From NCBI GenBank assembly GCA_964106645.2, contig OZ067038.1: 64,000 bases of DNA. One strand, 5' to 3'. Each line of letters begins with the position of its first letter. The stretch's first letter is position 1. Origin of the DNA: Podarcis pityusensis. Taxonomy: Eukaryota. Positions 60,421-64,000 of this stretch are shown piece by piece. A model generated the notes under the pieces. That model was not told the origin of the DNA. It saw nothing but the letters and a program-made list of their open reading frames with translations, and searched no databases. A program made the translations under genes and the position numbers.

Positions 60421-62351
60421 GGCTGAGATTGACAAACCTGATATCCAGTCGTTTATTAGACTTCATATAAGGTGACGATCTAGTGGTGTCATTGATTTAA
60501 CACGGAATTGCTGATTATAATCTCTGTTGCAGTTTGTAGTGGATCATTTGTAATTGTATTTCTAGATATCCCAACGTTCTTTTAATATACATAAATGTGG
60601 TTTGTGTATGTATATATATAAGTTTAATTAAACATTACGCAAACATTTTCATCTGCACCTTTTTAAAAAATCTGTTTTTATTGTTTTTTTAAATTTAATG
60701 TTTAAAATGTGCTGGGCACTGTCCTGCAGCACAACCTTAAACGTGTATACTCACAAGTACTGCTCATTTATTTCAAAGGGTCTTAATCCCTGGTAAATTA
60801 TAGGATCGCTCCAGCATTAAACACTTCTACTTTTGACAAAAGGACTCATTGCATAAGACAAGTTTGGATTCTTAAACATAAACATTTCACAGTCAGAACG
60901 TGTGAAAATAAATTTGCATGTCATCTCGTGTTCCTACCTTAATATTTATATAGTTCTGTATCTGAAGAAGTAGGCTGACACTGATCAAAGCTTCTGTTGT
61001 ATTTAATATTAACCTGAGAATGTATTATTTGATCTGTACTTTAATTAAAGGTGACCATATTTCATCTACACCTTGTGAAGCAAGCTCTCCATCTAGCTGT
61101 GAGAGATGTGAATTTTTAAAAAAATGCAATTCTTGTATCCTGTACAGTATTCTATTTTCAGAATAAAACTTACTGTATTTGGGGACATGGAATGCAGAAA
61201 GCCAAGAGAGCGGTTGTCTAAAAGGTGATGAAAGAGGGATGGTGAGTACAGTGTCACACATCCCTAGGATTTGGAACCTGAGGGCAATACTTGAGATCGC
61301 TGACAAATAAACACCATGGGATTGCATGTTTAATGAAATGACAAAAGACCTTAAGTTGTGGAGAAAACAGAGAAGCAAGATATGTTGCGGTAACAAGGAT
61401 TGAAAGCATATTTACAGTACTGTATAGACTTAAAATATTTTAAACAGCCATTCATTCCTTCTTCCCAAGGAATGATAATTTTGTGCAGAAAGGCTATAGA
61501 AGTTTCCAGCACATTTGCTAAATGTTTACAGACATGACTGTTAAACATAGAAGTTTGTGCTTTAGATGCATTCAGTGCCTTTTTTCCTGGGAGTACTCAA
61601 GAGTAAGCAGTACCAGCACCTTTCCCCCCAAATGTTAAAAGTGTGACACTTACTGTAACAACTTCATGGTGAGTACCGGCACCATTTTTCTATTAAAAAA
61701 CAAGACTTCAACAGAGTATGTTCCAGAAGGAAGCCCCAAGATATACTGTATGGACATTTACAGTGGTTTTTTTGAGACATGCAGGCATCGTATCAGTGTG
61801 TGACACTGAATATTTTTAGGGGGCACTGAATACTTTGAACCTACAAAGTATTGGTTTGGCTGAATTAGCATCTGCTACAAAGCAGGGTGGGAAATGTCAC
61901 ATAAAACTGCTCCATAGCACAGTAAGATAACATACTAAAATAAATAAGCTTTTGTATTCATGATCATATGATCCCTTGATCACTTTCCTCTGTGGTGTAA
62001 TACTTCACAAGAACTAAGATGTCCAGACACAAGCCAGGCAATTTAAGTAGCAGTGGTTGGAGCAGACTAAACTGAAATGATTTAGTTCCAGATTATTATA
62101 TTATAGCTAGCGTCTATACAGTTTTTTCCAACTAAAATCCAGTGGTAAACAAATGGCAATTTGAAGAAGATATGTAGCAACTGCCCAGAGAGCCAGGGGC
62201 TTTTGAATGGTACTTCTGAGGCTAGTACAGCCATGGTTGACTTAAGACATTTTGCTTCCTGAGGCAAAGAACACAAGCAACCCCACATTCTAAATGGACT
62301 GGCAGCAAAATCTTATTTCCAACACTGACAATCGAACAGCATCCTCTACCA

Positions 62352-62487
62352 CAGGCATAGGCAAACTCTGGCCCTCCAGATGTTTGGGACTACAATTCCC
62401 ATCATCCCTAGCTAAGAGGACCAGTGATCAGGGATGATGGGAATTGTAGTCCCAAACATCTGGCGGGCCAGAGTTTGCCTACGCCTA
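62352..62487. mobile_element. Palindromic hAT MITE, same family as 38924-39049
   Basis: Near-perfect hairpin CAGGCATAGGCAAACTCTGGCCCTCCAGATG...; imperfect TSD CTCTACCA/TACTACCA. Confidence 0.85.
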
Positions 62488-63409
62488 TACTACCATACCT
62501 GAGGGCAGAAGGCTAGCATAGGGGACACAGGGCAGCCTATATGGCCCATGCAGTTCTTTTCTCCAACACCCAACTTCTCATTCACTTCTTTGCCTAGCCT
62601 CGTCTGCTGTCCACACAAATAACTGCTCATCTCACAAGCAGAGCAATGCATGCTGGAGTGTGCAGGCTGGTCTGGCTCCCTTTCTGTCTGCTTGCTAAGT
62701 CAGGAGCCATTCCCAATTGTGATACATTGAGAGAAGGCAACTATGAATTGAGAAAGCTAGCTAGCTAGCCAGCCAGCCTGCACAGGCCCAGGAACAAGCA
62801 AACATCACCACAGCGAATGAGCAGGGAACAGACAGTGGTCTTACTAGGTACGGCTTCTTCACCCCTACTCCCTCAGTAGCTGCTGCATGAGGCAACCATC
62901 TCTCTCCCCCTAACGGTAGGGTCAGCTCTGCCTTTGACTGGATATATCATTGGGCTGCAGCTAGGCTGCCAGACCTGCTCTGACAGTGGTACAGAGGTCT
63001 TCTTTTTTTCAGTCTGGTAGCCAATTGTTGTTAACTCTTCAGATTTTTACCATACAATTCTGTGCATCTTTATGCAAAAGGAGATTTTACTGTGCTCAGT
63101 GCGGCTTATGCTCAGGTAACTGTGAACAGAATTGCAGCCTAAACAATGTAAATGCAATTTGTTAACATCTTTAATTTGTGATCTCAACTCCATGTTCCTT
63201 TCTTTTTTCTTTCACTATCCATAATCACAGATGTCTGTTGAGAAAGTTTAAAACAGCAGGCTTAACTTCTCACAAGATCTGACAACTGCAATCCATGTTG
63301 TGGAAACAATTAAAAGAACAAGTGATCACTTGATGAACTGCCCAGGGAAACCTACCATTTAACAAATCAGTTATGTAAATACTGATCCTTAGATCAATAC
63401 AAAATACAA

Positions 63410-63490
63410 GAAATTCCTTCCAGTAGCACCTTAGAGACCAACTAAGTTTGTTATTGGTATGAGCTTTCGTGTGCATGCACACTTCTTCAG
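63410..63490 (-). mobile_element. Penelope-like element terminal fragment carrying a minimal hammerhead ribozyme core
   Basis: Minus strand reads CTGAAGA-A-GTGTG-CATG-CACAC-GAAA-GCTC-ATAC...TTAGTTGGTCTCTAAGGTGCTACTGG. Confidence 0.75.
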
Positions 63491-64000
63491 AATTCTTTAG
63501 ATCAATAGTTAGTAAAAATAGGTTTCAACCAGCACTTTAAGAGCAACAGTGACTGGCTGAGCACTACAACATGGGGGAGGGGAGTACCCTGCAGGGGACA
63601 GAAATGTTGTCTTCCTCCCCTTCCTCACTAGGATGTTTATCTTCACTATCTGCTCTCGATTTGCAGACTTTAAGCAGCAGGATTTCATCCTGCCTGCTGT
63701 TTGCCACCTTTGGAAGGGGTCACAGAAGCTCAAACAACCGCAAGCGTGTATGAAAATTCTCTGACATTACTTTTGAGTATTCATGTTTTATTTAAATTGG
63801 GGTCACTTGTAGATCATTGGCTCACTTTTTAAATAAAACTTTTAGCCTGAAACATTAACCTGATTTTGGAGGTATGGGGAGAACCGTTCTATTCCAGGTC
63901 AGGTTTAGTTGAGACTTTCTAGTATTGGTTTACATTCTGGGAAACAGTACAATCCTAATCAAGTCTGCTCAGAATTGTGTTTGAGTCACTTGCATGAGTA

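Noticed and set aside
59351-60466. Several 65-185 aa ORFs in the CpG island
   Set aside because: Ala/Arg/Pro-rich products expected from GC-rich, stop-poor DNA; no recognisable domain.
60500-64000. Exons of the next expected syntenic gene (CLP1 in human)
   Set aside because: No CLP1-like peptide was recognised; if present it lies beyond the window.

Overview
Vertebrate genomic DNA, most likely from a lacertid lizard (inferred from the Sauria/Squam SINEs, BovB and squamate MITEs). It contains the conserved TMX2-MED19-ZDHHC5 block. TMX2 coding exons 1-3 lie on the - strand and the gene runs off the left edge. MED19 is complete (+ strand, 5 exons, 236 aa from the first of two tandem ATGs) and shares a ~400 bp CCAAT-rich bidirectional CpG promoter with TMX2. 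ZDHHC5 is complete (- strand, 11 coding exons, 725 aa, with a predicted non-coding exon 1 in a CpG island near 60 kb, a ~1.1 kb 5'UTR segment and a ~1.5 kb 3'UTR). All coding exon boundaries were read by hand and the phases are consistent. The rest is intron or intergenic DNA rich in transposon relics (L2, CR1, L1, BovB, Penelope, SINEs, Tc1/mariner and hAT MITEs). The most notable observations are: a U12-type intron in ZDHHC5 that is 3n long and stop-free, so retention keeps the frame; dispersed Penelope-derived minimal hammerhead ribozyme motifs; an out-of-frame uORF overlapping the ZDHHC5 start codon; and chimeric or nested retroelements. I found no clearly new multi-gene system. Family names rest on motif recognition, not database searches.
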